Shown in pieces: positions 20,609 through 30,948 of a DNA stretch of 64,000 nucleotides. A program made the position numbers and the translations under genes. The stretch is from an uncultured delta proteobacterium (lineage in GTDB: Bacteria > Myxococcota_A > Polyangia > Polyangiales > JAFGIB01), in NCBI GenBank assembly GCA_963778655.1, contig CAVZVA010000010.1, positions 832,001 to 896,000 on the forward strand, written 5' to 3'. Each line of letters starts with the position of its first letter. Within the stretch, counting starts at the first letter, position 1. Below the pieces are notes generated by a model, which was not told the origin of the DNA, did not search any database, and saw only the letters and a list, made by a program, of their open reading frames with translations.

Positions 20609-21664
20609 TCATTGGGCCCACTGCGCGAAGGCCTTCTTGTCGCTGGCTTTGAGGTAGGCGTCGCGGCCTTCGATCACGTCGGTTTTCACCAGCTCCATCA
20701 GCGCGTTGTCCATGGTCTGCATGCCCTGACCGCGCCCCGCGCCGATGATCGAGTTGAGCATGGCGGTGTTGCCCTCGCGGATTGCGCCTGCCAGGCCCGA
20801 GGTGCGGATCAGGATCTCGTGCACGCCTACCCGACCGCCGCTCTTGCGCCGGACCAGGATCTGCGACACGACCGCCGCCAGCGATTCGGCCAGCGCTGCG
20901 CGTGCGCGGTCCTGCTGATCGGCCGGGAAGCTGTCGATGATACGGTCCACGGTTTTGGCCGCGCTGCTGGTGTGCAGCGTGCCGAACACCAGCAGGCCCA
21001 TGCTCGCCGCCTCGACTGCGAGCGAGATGGTCTCGAAGTCGCGCATCTCGCCGACCAGCACTACGTCGGCGTCCTGGCGCATGGCCGCCCGCAGCGCCGA
21101 CGCGAAGTCGTCGCTGTCGGCGCCGACCTCGCGGTGCGAGATCACCGAGCGCTTGTTCTGATGCACGAACTCGACCGGGTCCTCGATGGTCACGATGTGG
21201 CGCGCGTGCTTGCGGTTGATCAGATCGACGATCGCCGCCAGCGTAGTCGACTTGCCGCTGCCGGTCGGCCCGGTCACCAGCACCATCCCCGACTCCAGAT
21301 CGCACAGCCCGTGCACGATCTCCGGCAGCCCGAGCTTTTCTGCCGGTACGATCTCGTCGGGCACCATGCGGAAGACCGCGCCCACGCCGTGTTCCTGCCG
21401 GAAGTAGTTTCCGCGAAAGCGCGCCACGCCTTCGACCGAGATCGCGAAGTCGAGGTCGTGCTCGCGCTCGAAGCGCTGCCACTGGCGGTCGCTGACCAGC
21501 TCGCGCAGCATCTCGCGCAGCAGCGCGTCGCCGAGCACCGGCTGGCCCGCGATCGGCGCCACCGCCCCCGATGCGCGCGCCATCGGCGGGCGGCCCGCCG
21601 ACAGGTGCAGGTCCGAGGCGCCCACCTGCCTGAGATGCCTGAGATAGGGGTGAATCCGTGCCAT
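20609..21664 (-). CDS. pilT: Type IV pilus retraction ATPase PilT/PilU family
   Basis: ASDLHL, GPTGSGKST, TIEDPVE, VLVGEMRD and GTLHT motifs; start MARIHPYL at 21664. Confidence 0.92.
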   Translation of the reverse strand: MARIHPYLRHLRQVGASDLHLSAGRPPMARASGAVAPIAGQPVLGDALLREMLRELVSDRQWQRFEREHDLDFAISVEGVARFRGNYFRQEHGVGAVFRMVPDEIVPAEKLGLPEIVHGLCDLESGMVLVTGPTGSGKSTTLAAIVDLINRKHARHIVTIEDPVEFVHQNKRSVISHREVGADSDDFASALRAAMRQDADVVLVGEMRDFETISLAVEAASMGLLVFGTLHTSSAAKTVDRIIDSFPADQQDRARAALAESLAAVVSQILVRRKSGGRVGVHEILIRTSGLAGAIREGNTAMLNSIIGAGRGQGMQTMDNALMELVKTDVIEGRDAYLKASDKKAFAQWAQ

Positions 21665-21690
21665 CGTGGTGCCCGCGCCCGAGCCGCGGC

Positions 21691-23649
21691 TCAGGCGAAA
21701 CGCTCCTTGCGCAGCGCGAAACGCCGCGCGCTCTCTGCGGTGACGCTGCCCGCTCGCACCAGCTGCTCGAGCGAATCGTCGAGCGTGATCATGCCCGCGG
21801 CCCTGCCGGTCTGCATCACCGACGGCAGCTGGTGGGTCTTGTCCTCGCGGATCATGTTGCTGACCGCGGTCGTGACCATCAGCAGCTCGAGCGCGGGTAT
21901 GCGACCCTTGCCGCTGGCTGCCGGCACCAGACGCTGGCTGACCACTGCGCGCAGCGACTCGGAGAGCATCGAGCGCACCTGTTCCTGCTCGTCGGCGGGA
22001 AAGGAGCTGACGATGCGCTGGATGGTCTGCGAGGCGCTGCCCGTGTGCAGCGTGCCGAGCACCAGGTGTCCGGTCTCGGCAGCGCTGATCGCCAGGCCGA
22101 TCGTCTCGCGGTCGCGCAGCTCGGTGATGGCGATCACGTCCGGATCCTCGCGCAGCGCGGCGCGCAGCGCGCGCGCGAACGAGCTGGTGTGGTCGCGCAC
22201 CTGGCGCTGGTTCACGAGCGCGCGGCCGGGCGGGTACACGTGCTCGACCGGGTCCTCGATCGTGAGCACGTGCTCGTCGCGGCTCTCGATCAGCCCGCCC
22301 AGCAAGGCCGCCAGCGTGGTCGACTTGCCGCAGCCGGTGGGTCCGGTGCACAGCACCATGCCGGTGCGAAAATCGGTCAGGCTGGCCAGTCGCGCTGGCA
22401 GGCCGAGCTGCTCGAGCGTGGGCGGTTGCAGCGGGATGATGCGGAAAACCGCGTCCAGCCCGCGCTGCTGGCGGTAGACGTTGACGCGAAAGCGCGCCAG
22501 CCCGGGGATCTCCCAGGCGAAGTCGACCTCGCCGTGCTTGGCCAGCAGCATCCACTGCGCGTCGCTGGCGATTTCGGCGATCACTTTCTCCGCGGCTTCG
22601 GCGCTCAGCAGCTGCTGGCTGGAGAGCGGCCTGACCTGCCCGTCCACGCGCACCAGCAGCGGCGCGCCGCTGTGCGCGTGCAGATCGCTGGCGCCTTGGC
22701 GCAGCGCCAGCGCGAGCGCCTTGCCGAGGTAGCTGTCGGTTGCAGCGACCGCTCCGGCCGGGCGGCGTTGCGCGGCCTTGGGCGGTGGCTGCGACGGGTT
22801 GTGGGCGGCCGGCGCGGGCGGGGCGGCGAAGGGTTGCACCAGGGTGTCGTCCGGGGAGCCTGCGGCGGCCGGCACGGCGGCTTGCGCGCTCGGCGCTGGC
22901 GCCGGTGCCACGAAGGGCTGCAGCACGGTTCCGCCCGCGGCGCCCAGCACGGGCCGGGCTGCCGGCGCGGGCGGCGCGGGCGGCGCGGGCGGTGCTTGCG
23001 GAAGCTCAGACAGCTTCGCGGCATCGGCGCCTTCGGCCAGGGGAAACGCGCTCAGGTCCGCGGTCGCGGCCGGCGGGCGCGGCGGTGGCGGGGGTGGTGG
23101 CGGAGGGGCCGCGTTCGGGGCTCGGGGTGGCTCGCGCGGCGGCAGGCGCGCGTGGGTGCCGGTTGGCGGTCCGTCGAGCTCGGCGCTCGCGGCCGCACGC
23201 GCCTCGGTCGCGGGCGCGTTCGACAGCGGGCGCAGGGTTGGGGTGTGACTCGGCGCCACGGCCGCGCCGGGGGTCTGCGGCACGTGGATCGCACCGTGCA
23301 CCGGGTTGGTCGCGGCTTCCCACTCGCGCGGAGCGCGCCGCCTGCGCGCGGGTGGCTCGGGCCGGGTCGGGGCGTCGTCGGCACGCGGGTCGGGTCTGGG
23401 CATGCGCGGCTCAGGCGCACTTGGGCCCGAGCCGTGCTGTGCGCCGCGCTGTCGCTCGAGCACGCGCGCTTGTTGCGCGCGCACCAACTCCACCTCGTCG
23501 TCGCTGATCAGGCCGAGCTCGACCGCGATCTCCCCGAGCCGCTTGCCCGAGGCGTGCTCGGTTTGCTGGACGCAGCGACCGATCTGCTCGCGCGTCAGCA
23601 GCTGCAGCCGCACCGCGATGTCGGCGAACAGGCGCTCCTCTGCATCCAT
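21691..23649 (-). CDS. PilT/PilU family ATPase with an N-terminal MshEN-like domain and Pro/Ala-rich linker
   Basis: KRLGEIAVELGLISDDEVELVRAQQ at the N-terminus; long low-complexity linker; GPTGCGKST, TIEDPVE, EDPDVIAITELRD and GTLHT motifs. Confidence 0.9.
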   Translation of the reverse strand: MDAEERLFADIAVRLQLLTREQIGRCVQQTEHASGKRLGEIAVELGLISDDEVELVRAQQARVLERQRGAQHGSGPSAPEPRMPRPDPRADDAPTRPEPPARRRRAPREWEAATNPVHGAIHVPQTPGAAVAPSHTPTLRPLSNAPATEARAAASAELDGPPTGTHARLPPREPPRAPNAAPPPPPPPPPRPPAATADLSAFPLAEGADAAKLSELPQAPPAPPAPPAPAARPVLGAAGGTVLQPFVAPAPAPSAQAAVPAAAGSPDDTLVQPFAAPPAPAAHNPSQPPPKAAQRRPAGAVAATDSYLGKALALALRQGASDLHAHSGAPLLVRVDGQVRPLSSQQLLSAEAAEKVIAEIASDAQWMLLAKHGEVDFAWEIPGLARFRVNVYRQQRGLDAVFRIIPLQPPTLEQLGLPARLASLTDFRTGMVLCTGPTGCGKSTTLAALLGGLIESRDEHVLTIEDPVEHVYPPGRALVNQRQVRDHTSSFARALRAALREDPDVIAITELRDRETIGLAISAAETGHLVLGTLHTGSASQTIQRIVSSFPADEQEQVRSMLSESLRAVVSQRLVPAASGKGRIPALELLMVTTAVSNMIREDKTHQLPSVMQTGRAAGMITLDDSLEQLVRAGSVTAESARRFALRKERFA

Positions 23650-23685
23650 CCGGCTGACCAGTATACGGCAAGCCGGCTGTGTAGA

Positions 23686-23716
23686 GGATTCAACAGGAAG
23701 ACGGGCAGACGGGAAG
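23686..23716. repeat. Periodic repeat family, copy B (single arm)
   Basis: GGATTCAACAGGAAGACGGGCAGACGGGAAG; the first 20 nt are the exact reverse complement of 48881-48900. Confidence 0.8.
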
Positions 23717-23859
23717 AACGAAATCCCTGCGTGCTGCTCGCCTCGGTCGTGCCGAGGGCTTGCTGATCGCAGCGCACACGCACGGTTGCAGGGAACGAAC
23801 GCGCCGGCGCGTGGGCGGCCGTGTGCGTGCTTTCCGACATGCGCCGCCTGCGGCGACCG

Positions 23860-24564
23860 CTACAAGGTGCGCGCGAAGAAGTCCATGATCTTCGGCCACG
23901 CGTCGCGCGCCGAGGGCTCGTGAAAGGCCAGGTGCATCAGCGGCCAGCTCAGCGCGGCCATCAGCGGGTGGCTGCCCTCGGTGAGGAACGAGTGACCCGC
24001 ATCCGGATAGACGTGCACCTCGGGCGTGATGCCGAGCGGCTCGAGCCGCTTTCGCAGCTGCGCGTCCTTGCCGCGCATCGAGCGATCGCGGCCGCCGTAG
24101 CAGGCGATCACGGGACCGATGCCGCGCATCGCCTCGGTCGACGGCACCTCGCCGTAGTTGCTGCAGACCGCGCCCCAGCCGCGACCGGCTGCCAGCGCGA
24201 ACATGCCGCCGAAGCAGAAGCCGATCAGCCCGACCTTGCTCGGGTCGAGGTTGCGCTGCGCGCACAGGTAGGCGCGCGCCCGCTGCGCCTGGCGTAGCGG
24301 CGGCGTGTCCTCGGCGGCGCGCATCGAGCGCATCACCGCGCGCAGGCACGGCAGCTTGCCCGCGAAGAACAGGTCGGGCGCGATCGCCGCGTAGCCGGCC
24401 TCGGCGAAGCGCAGCACCACGGCGTCGATCTCCGGCTGGCGGCCGAAGATCTCGTGGATGACCACCATGCCGCGGGTCGCGCCCTGTGGCAGCGCAGCGA
24501 CCGCCGGTGAGGCTGGATCGCCCAGCGCGTCGTCTCCTGGCAAGGTGATTTCCTGCAGCTGCAT
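23860..24564 (-). CDS. Dienelactone hydrolase family protein
   Basis: VVIHEIFG, APDLF, GFCFGG nucleophile motif, YPDAGHSF. Confidence 0.92.
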   Translation of the reverse strand: MQLQEITLPGDDALGDPASPAVAALPQGATRGMVVIHEIFGRQPEIDAVVLRFAEAGYAAIAPDLFFAGKLPCLRAVMRSMRAAEDTPPLRQAQRARAYLCAQRNLDPSKVGLIGFCFGGMFALAAGRGWGAVCSNYGEVPSTEAMRGIGPVIACYGGRDRSMRGKDAQLRKRLEPLGITPEVHVYPDAGHSFLTEGSHPLMAALSWPLMHLAFHEPSARDAWPKIMDFFARTL

Positions 24565-24663
24565 GCGCGCGAGGGTAGCCGCAGGCCTCCGGCTCGTGCA
24601 ACGGGGTTCCCCGGCCGGGGCGCGACTTCGCGCCGCGTTGCGGCGCCTGCTACAATTGCCAGC

Positions 24664-25743
24664 ATGGGCCACGCTGCCGAACGCTCGGCCGTCCCGGCCG
24701 ATAACCCGATGGGCACCGACGGGTTCGAGTTCGTCGAGTACACGGCGGAGGATCCACGACAGCTGGCGGCGCTGTTTCGGAGCATGGGTTTCGCGGAGGT
24801 CGCCCGCCATCGCAGCAAAGACGTCACGCTCTATCGCCAGGGCGAGATCAACTTCATCGTCAACGCCGAGCCGGACGGGTTCTCGCAGCAGTTCGCGCGC
24901 GACCACGGCCCGTCGATCTGCGCGATCGCGCTGCGCGTGAAGGACGCGCGCCTGGCGTACCAGCGCGCGCTCTCGCTCGGCGCGCGGCCGCACCACGGCC
25001 AGATCGGGCCGATGGAGCTGGCGATCCCGGCGATCAAGGGCATCGGCGACAGCGCGATCTATCTGGTCGACCGCTACGGCGACCGCACCATCTACGACGT
25101 GGACTTCGTGCCGGTGGCAGGCGCCGAGCCGCAGCCGGTGGGTGTCGGGCTGACCTACATCGATCACCTCACCCACAACGTCGAGCGCGGCCACATGGAC
25201 CGCTGGGCGGAGTTCTACGAGCGCATCTTCTCGTTCCGCGAGATCCGCTACTTCGACATCAAAGGCAAGCAGACCGGCCTGCACAGCCGTGCGATGAGCA
25301 GCCCCTGCGGCAAGATCCGTATCCCGATCAACGAGTCGGCCGACGACAAGTCGCAGATCGCCGAATACCTGCGCGCGTATCGCGGCGAGGGCATCCAGCA
25401 CCTGGCGCTCGGTTGCGGTGACATCTACCAGGCGGTCGAGGCCTTACGCGCGCGGGGGGTGCGCCTGCTCGACACGCCCGACAGCTACTACGACCTGATC
25501 GCGCAGCGACTGCCCGGCCACGCCGAGGATCTGGAGCGCCTGCGCGCAGACCGCATCCTGCTCGACGGCTCGACCGCGGGCGGCACGCCCCTGCTGCTGC
25601 TGCAGATCTTCACCGAAGCCGTGATCGGGCCGATCTTCTTCGAGCTGATCCAGCGCAAGGGCGACGAGGGCTTCGGCCAGGGCAACTTCCAGGCGCTGTT
25701 CGAAGCGATGGAGCTCGACCAGGCCAAGCGGGGCGTGTTGTGA
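24664..25743 (+). CDS. hppD: 4-hydroxyphenylpyruvate dioxygenase
   Basis: NPMGTDGFEFVEY, IDHLTHNV, GEGIQHLAL and FFELIQRKGDEGFGQGNF motifs. Confidence 0.97.
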   Translation: MGHAAERSAVPADNPMGTDGFEFVEYTAEDPRQLAALFRSMGFAEVARHRSKDVTLYRQGEINFIVNAEPDGFSQQFARDHGPSICAIALRVKDARLAYQRALSLGARPHHGQIGPMELAIPAIKGIGDSAIYLVDRYGDRTIYDVDFVPVAGAEPQPVGVGLTYIDHLTHNVERGHMDRWAEFYERIFSFREIRYFDIKGKQTGLHSRAMSSPCGKIRIPINESADDKSQIAEYLRAYRGEGIQHLALGCGDIYQAVEALRARGVRLLDTPDSYYDLIAQRLPGHAEDLERLRADRILLDGSTAGGTPLLLLQIFTEAVIGPIFFELIQRKGDEGFGQGNFQALFEAMELDQAKRGVL

Positions 25744-26882
25744 GCGTCAAACGGCCGGCGCTGCCGCGGGTGGCGGGCGTGCCTGCGCGCCAGGCCCACG
25801 CCGACCTGCCGGCCGGCAGCTACGAGCGCGAGTTCGGCAGCGACGGCTTCTACGGGCCGGCCACGCACCTGCTGCACGCGCACCCGCCCACCGCGTGGAG
25901 CGCGATCGAGGGGCCGCTGCGGCCGCGCGCGTTCGACTTGTCGGCGCTGCTTCAGGCCAGCACGCAAAGCCCCTGGGACGCCGTGCCGGTGCTGCACAAC
26001 GCCGCGCTCGCGCTGCGGCTGTGGCGCTGCGACGGGCGCATGGATCACCTGGTACGCAACGCGGACGGCGACGAGCTGCTGTTCGTGCACGCGGGCGAGG
26101 GCGCGCTGTTCTGTGACTTCGGCCACCTGCCCGTGAGCGAGGGCGACTACGTGCTGCTGCCGCGCGGCACGCAGTGGCGCCTGCACGCGCGCGCGCCGCT
26201 GACCTTGCTGCTGCTCGAGGCGACCGGCGCGGCCTACGGCCTGCCCGAGCGCGGGCTGCTCGGGCGCCACGCGTTGTTCGACCCCGCGCTGCTGCAGACG
26301 CCGGCGCTCGACGAGGCCTTTCGCGCGCAGCAGGACGAGCGCAGCTGGCGCGTGGTGATCAAGCGCGGCAATCGGCTCAGCAGCATGACCTTCCCCCACA
26401 ACCCGCTCGATACCTTGGGCTGGCAGGGCGATCTGCTGCCGCTGCTGATCAACTGGCGGCAGATCCGGCCGGTGATGAGCGCGCGCTATCACCTGCCGCC
26501 GTCGGTCCACACCAGCTTCGTCAGCGAGCGCTTCGTGGTCTGCACCTTTTGCCCGCGTCCGCTCGAGAGCGATCCAGGCGCGCTCAAGCTGCCGTTCTTT
26601 CACAGCAACAACGACTACGACGAGGTGCTGTTCTACCACCGCGGGCAGTTCACCAGCCGCGACGACGTCAAGCCCGGCATGCTCACGCTGCACCCGGGCG
26701 GCTTCCCGCACGGCCCCCACCCCAAGGCGTACGCGGCCGCCGCGCGCGGCGACAAGCGCGAGACCGACGAGGTCGCGGTGATGGTCGACGCGCTCGACGC
26801 GCTCGAGGTGAGCGAGCAGGCTGAGCGCGTGGAGCGTGCGGATTACGCCAAATCCTGGAGCGAGCCGGGGGACAGCGCGTGA
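25740..26882 (+). CDS. hmgA: Homogentisate 1,2-dioxygenase
   Basis: RNADGDELLFVH, HLPPSVH, PFFHSNNDYDEVLFY and HPGGFPHGPHP motifs; GTGA overlap with hppD. Confidence 0.93.
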   Translation: MSVKRPALPRVAGVPARQAHADLPAGSYEREFGSDGFYGPATHLLHAHPPTAWSAIEGPLRPRAFDLSALLQASTQSPWDAVPVLHNAALALRLWRCDGRMDHLVRNADGDELLFVHAGEGALFCDFGHLPVSEGDYVLLPRGTQWRLHARAPLTLLLLEATGAAYGLPERGLLGRHALFDPALLQTPALDEAFRAQQDERSWRVVIKRGNRLSSMTFPHNPLDTLGWQGDLLPLLINWRQIRPVMSARYHLPPSVHTSFVSERFVVCTFCPRPLESDPGALKLPFFHSNNDYDEVLFYHRGQFTSRDDVKPGMLTLHPGGFPHGPHPKAYAAAARGDKRETDEVAVMVDALDALEVSEQAERVERADYAKSWSEPGDSA

Positions 26883-27078
26883 TCACTCGAGCGGCCTGCA
26901 CAGCTCGCGCGCGGCAGCGGCCACCCAGCGATCGAGGCCGCCCGCAGCAGAGGACGGCGCGGCGCGGGCGCGGGGCGAGAGCAAAGGTCGAGGCAGCGAA
27001 GCGACCCTCGCGGGAGGGCGGGGCCCCGGCGGCTTTGCCGGTGGGGCGGGAGGGGCGCGTGCCCCTCCCGGTAAGCAG

Positions 27079-28068
27079 ATGAAGCTCGGCAGCCTCAAAC
27101 GTGGCGGCAGGGACGGGACGCTGGTGGTGGTGGATCGCCGGCTCAAGCTCGCGGCGGCCGTGCCCAAGATCGCGCGCACGCTGCAGCAGGCGCTCGACGA
27201 CTGGCAGCGAGCCGAGCCGGCGCTGCGCGACGTGTACCAGCGGCTCAACGCCGGCGGCGTCGACACCTCGTTCGCGCTCGAGCCGGGCGAGCTGGCCGCG
27301 CCGCTGCCGCGCGCTTACCAGCTGCTCGACGCCAGCGCCTACGTCACCCACGTCGAGCTGGTGCGCAAGGCGCGCGGCGCCGTGTTGCCGCCGCGCTTCT
27401 GGACCGATCCGCTGATGTACCAGGGCGCCTCCGACGGCCTGCTCGGCCCGCGCGATCCGATCCCGCTCGCCGACGAGTCGTTCGGGCTGGACTTCGAGGC
27501 GGAGGTGGCGGTGATCACCGGCGATGTGCCGATGGCGGTGAGCCCGGCGCAGGCCGCCCCGCACGTGAAGCTGCTGGTGCTGCTCAACGACGTCTCGCTG
27601 CGTAACCTGATCCCGGGCGAGCTGGAGAAGGGCTTTGGCTTCGTGCAGGGCAAGCCGCGCAGCGCGCTGTCGGAGGTGGCGGTCAGTCCCGACGAGTTGG
27701 GTGAGGCGTGGCGCGGTTGCAAGCTCTGCTTGCCGCTGCGCAGCACGCTCAACGGCGCGCGCTTTGGCGAGCCCGACGCGGGCGTGGACATGACCTTCGA
27801 CTTCGCGACGTTGATCGCGCACGCCGCCCGCACGCGCCCGCTCGGCGCCGGTACCCTGCTCGGCTCGGGCACGGTGAGCAACCGTGATCCCGCGCGCGGC
27901 TCCTCGTGCATCGTCGAGCGGCGCATGCTCGAGACGCTGGCCGAGGGTGCGCCCAAGACAGCGTACCTGCGCGCGGGCGACCGCGTGCGCATCGAGATGC
28001 TCGACGCGTCCGGGGCCTCGATCTTCGGCGCGATCGATCAGCGCGTGCAGGCGGTCGCGGAACCATGA
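27079..28068 (+). CDS. Fumarylacetoacetate hydrolase family protein
   Basis: MKLGSLK.GGRDG.L, PLMYQGASD, LDFEAEVAV, NDVSLR and GSGTVSN motifs; context with hppD-hmgA. Confidence 0.92.
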   Translation: MKLGSLKRGGRDGTLVVVDRRLKLAAAVPKIARTLQQALDDWQRAEPALRDVYQRLNAGGVDTSFALEPGELAAPLPRAYQLLDASAYVTHVELVRKARGAVLPPRFWTDPLMYQGASDGLLGPRDPIPLADESFGLDFEAEVAVITGDVPMAVSPAQAAPHVKLLVLLNDVSLRNLIPGELEKGFGFVQGKPRSALSEVAVSPDELGEAWRGCKLCLPLRSTLNGARFGEPDAGVDMTFDFATLIAHAARTRPLGAGTLLGSGTVSNRDPARGSSCIVERRMLETLAEGAPKTAYLRAGDRVRIEMLDASGASIFGAIDQRVQAVAEP

Positions 28069-28069
28069 A

Positions 28070-28135
28070 ACAGCAAGACGGGAAGGCGGGAAGACCGAAT
28101 TTCAAGCTAGACTTCCCGTCTTCCCGCCTTCCTGT
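28070..28135. repeat. Periodic inverted-repeat family, copy C
   Basis: Arms ACAGCAAGACGGGAAGGCGGGAAG (28070-28093) and CTTCCCGTCTTCCCGCCTTCCTGT (28112-28135). Confidence 0.9.
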
Positions 28136-28171
28136 AGATCCTCCTGGTACGCGAGCTTAGGCGTCCGCCGC

Positions 28172-28930
28172 ATGCCCGAAGCCGAGCTGCACAGGTGGTT
28201 GGTTGGGCTCGTGATCGCGCTCGCCGCGCTCACGCTGGTCGTGCTGCTGCGCGTGTCGGCGCCGTACGGCCGCCATGCGCGGCCCGGCTGGGGACCCTCG
28301 CTGCCCAACCGGCTGGCGTGGATCGTAATGGAGACCCCCGCCGTGCTGCTGTTCCTGGCGGTCTACTGCCAGGGGCGCCACGCCAGCGAGCGCGCGCCGC
28401 TGCTGATGCTGGCGCTGTGGCAGCTGCACTACCTGCACCGCAGCTACGTGTTTCCGTTCCGCATCCACGCCTCGGGCAAGCGAATGCCGGTGCTGGTGAT
28501 GCTGCTCGGATTCTCGTTCCAGGCGCTCAACGCGTATCTCAACGCGCGTGCCATCTCCGAGCTGTCGAGCTACGGCGCGGCCTGGCTGCGGGGTCCGCGC
28601 TTCGTGGGCGGTGCCGCGCTGTTCCTGGCCGGCTTCGTGGTCAATCTCCGCGCCGACCAGATCCTGATCGCGCTGCGTGCGCCCGGCGAGCACGGCTACC
28701 GTATTCCGCAGGGCGCGCTGTATCGCTTCGTGTCCAGCCCGAACTACCTCGGCGAGCTGGTCGAGTGGAGCGGCTGGGCCGTGCTGACCTGGTCGGGCGC
28801 GGGGCTGGCGTTCGCGCTCTACACCGCGGCCAACCTGATCCCGCGTGCGCTGCACCACCAGCGCTGGTATCGCGCCCAGTTCGCCGATTACCCGCCCGAG
28901 CGCCGCGCCATCCTGCCGTTTCTGTTGTAG
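28172..28930 (+). CDS. 3-oxo-5-alpha-steroid 4-dehydrogenase (steroid 5-alpha-reductase)-like membrane protein
   Basis: APYGRH, AWIVMETP, HYLHR, Y.IPQGALY.FVSSPNYLGELVEW and NLIPRA..H.RWY motifs. Confidence 0.88.
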   Translation: MPEAELHRWLVGLVIALAALTLVVLLRVSAPYGRHARPGWGPSLPNRLAWIVMETPAVLLFLAVYCQGRHASERAPLLMLALWQLHYLHRSYVFPFRIHASGKRMPVLVMLLGFSFQALNAYLNARAISELSSYGAAWLRGPRFVGGAALFLAGFVVNLRADQILIALRAPGEHGYRIPQGALYRFVSSPNYLGELVEWSGWAVLTWSGAGLAFALYTAANLIPRALHHQRWYRAQFADYPPERRAILPFLL

Positions 28931-29025
28931 GTTTCGGCGCGTGCCGGGACCCCGCTTGACAGGGGCGGCGCGATGGCCAAGTTGGGTGCCGGCGGCCGTG
29001 CGCGCGGCCGCCCACAGGAGGCGGC

Positions 29026-30948
29026 ATGAGCGGCGAAGCGGGCGCAAAGACGCATAAATTCAAGGCCGAGGTGAGCCAGGTCCTGCACCTGGTGGTCAAC
29101 TCACTCTACAGCAACAAGGACATCTTCCTGCGCGAGCTGGTGTCCAACGCCTCGGACGCGCTCGACAAGCTGCGCTTCCAGTCGCTGCAAAAGCCGGCGC
29201 TGCTGCCCAAGGGCCACGAGCCCAAGATCCGCCTGATCCCGGACCGCGCGGCGCACACGCTGACCATCTGGGACAACGGCATCGGCATGAGCGAGGCCGC
29301 GCTGCAGAAGGATCTCGGCACGGTCGCGCACTCGGGTACGCGCGAGCTCGCCGAGAAGCTCAAGCAGCAGGGCGACCAGGCCAAGGACAAGGCCGACGTC
29401 AACCTGATCGGCCAGTTCGGGGTGGGCTTCTACAGCGGGTATCTGGTTGCCGATCGCATCGAGGTGGTGAGTCGCGCCGCCGGCAGCGACAAGGCGTACC
29501 GCTGGGCGTCCGACGGCAAGGCGAGCTTCAGCATCGAGCCGGCCGAGCGCGACGAAATCGGCACCTCGGTGGTCCTGCACCTCACCAAGGAGCACGAGGA
29601 CCTGTGCGAAGAGTGGAAGCTGCGCGACCTGGTGCGCCGCTACTCGGACTTCATCCAGCACACGATCGAGCTCGAGGTCACGCGCAAGCAGGACGACGAG
29701 GAGAAGCAGGTCTTCGAGGCCGTCAACCAGGCCAGCGCGCTGTGGATGCGGCCCAAGAAGGACATCACCGACGCGCAGTACGACGAGCTGTACAAGCACC
29801 TCACCCACGACTGGGAGCCGCCGCTCGCGAAGACCCACTTCCAGGTCGAGGGCACGCAGCAGTTCACGGGCCTGTTGTTCATCCCCAAGCGGCCGCCGCT
29901 CGACATGCTCTCGAGCGAAACCCAGCACGGCGTGCGGCTGTACGTGCGGCGGGTCTTCATCATGGACAACTGCGAGGAGCTGCTGCCGCGCTGGCTGCGC
30001 TTCGTGCGCGGCGTGATCGACTCCGACGACCTGCCGCTCAACGTCTCGCGCGAGCTGCTGCAGGACTCGGCGATCGTGCGCACGATCAAGAAGCAGGTGA
30101 TCAGGCGCGTGCTCGACGTGCTCCTGGAGCTCGCGGAGCAGCGGCCCGAGGAGTACCTGGAGTTCTGGCGCAAGCTCGGGCCCGTGCTCAAGGAGGGCCT
30201 GCACTTCGACCCGAGCTACAAGGACAAGCTGGCCAAGCTGCTGCGCTACGAGACCAGCAAAGGCGAGGGTCTGGTCTCGCTCGCGCAGTACGTCGCGCGC
30301 ATGCCCGAGGGCCAGCGCCGCATCTTCTACGCGATCGGCCCCTCCAAGGCGATGCTCGAGCACAGCCCGCAGCTCGAGGGGTTGCGCCAGCGCGGCTACG
30401 AGGTGCTGTTCATGACCGACGGGGTCGACCAGTGGGCGGTCGAGGGCCTTTCCGACTACGACGACAAGCCGCTGGCGAACGCGATGGAGGCCGACCTCGA
30501 GCTGGACGGCGAGCCCGGGGCGGAGGGCGAGCCAAAGGACGGCGAGCAAGCCAAGAAGGCGGACGCCGGCGAGCTCACGGCGCTGATGCAGCGCTGCACG
30601 GAAATCCTGAGCGAGCACGTCAGCGAGGTGCGGGTGTCCACGCGCCTGACCGACTCGCCGGTGTGTTTGGTGGTGCCCAAGGGCGGGCTACCCGCGCACG
30701 TCGAGCGCATGCTGCGCGCCTACCAGCAGGATCTGCCCGCGCAGAAGCGCATCCTCGAGCTCAACCCCAAGCACCCGCTGGTGCAGCGGCTGGAGAGCGA
30801 ACGCGCGCGCGACGCGCAGTCCGACAGGCTCAAGGAATGGGTCGAGATGCTCTACGACCAGGCGCTGCTGACCGAGGGCAGCCCGCTGCCCGACCCGGCG
30901 CGCTTCGCGGCGCGGGTGGCCAGCCTCATGCAGGGCTCGGCGGGGTAG
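29026..30948 (+). CDS. htpG: Molecular chaperone HtpG (Hsp90)
   Basis: [36 protein letters not shown] and DLPLNVSRE motifs. Confidence 0.98.

Noticed and set aside
30926..30948. 23-bp convergent overlap of htpG and the Coq4-like gene
   Set aside because: Short tail-to-tail overlaps are common in GC-rich genomes.
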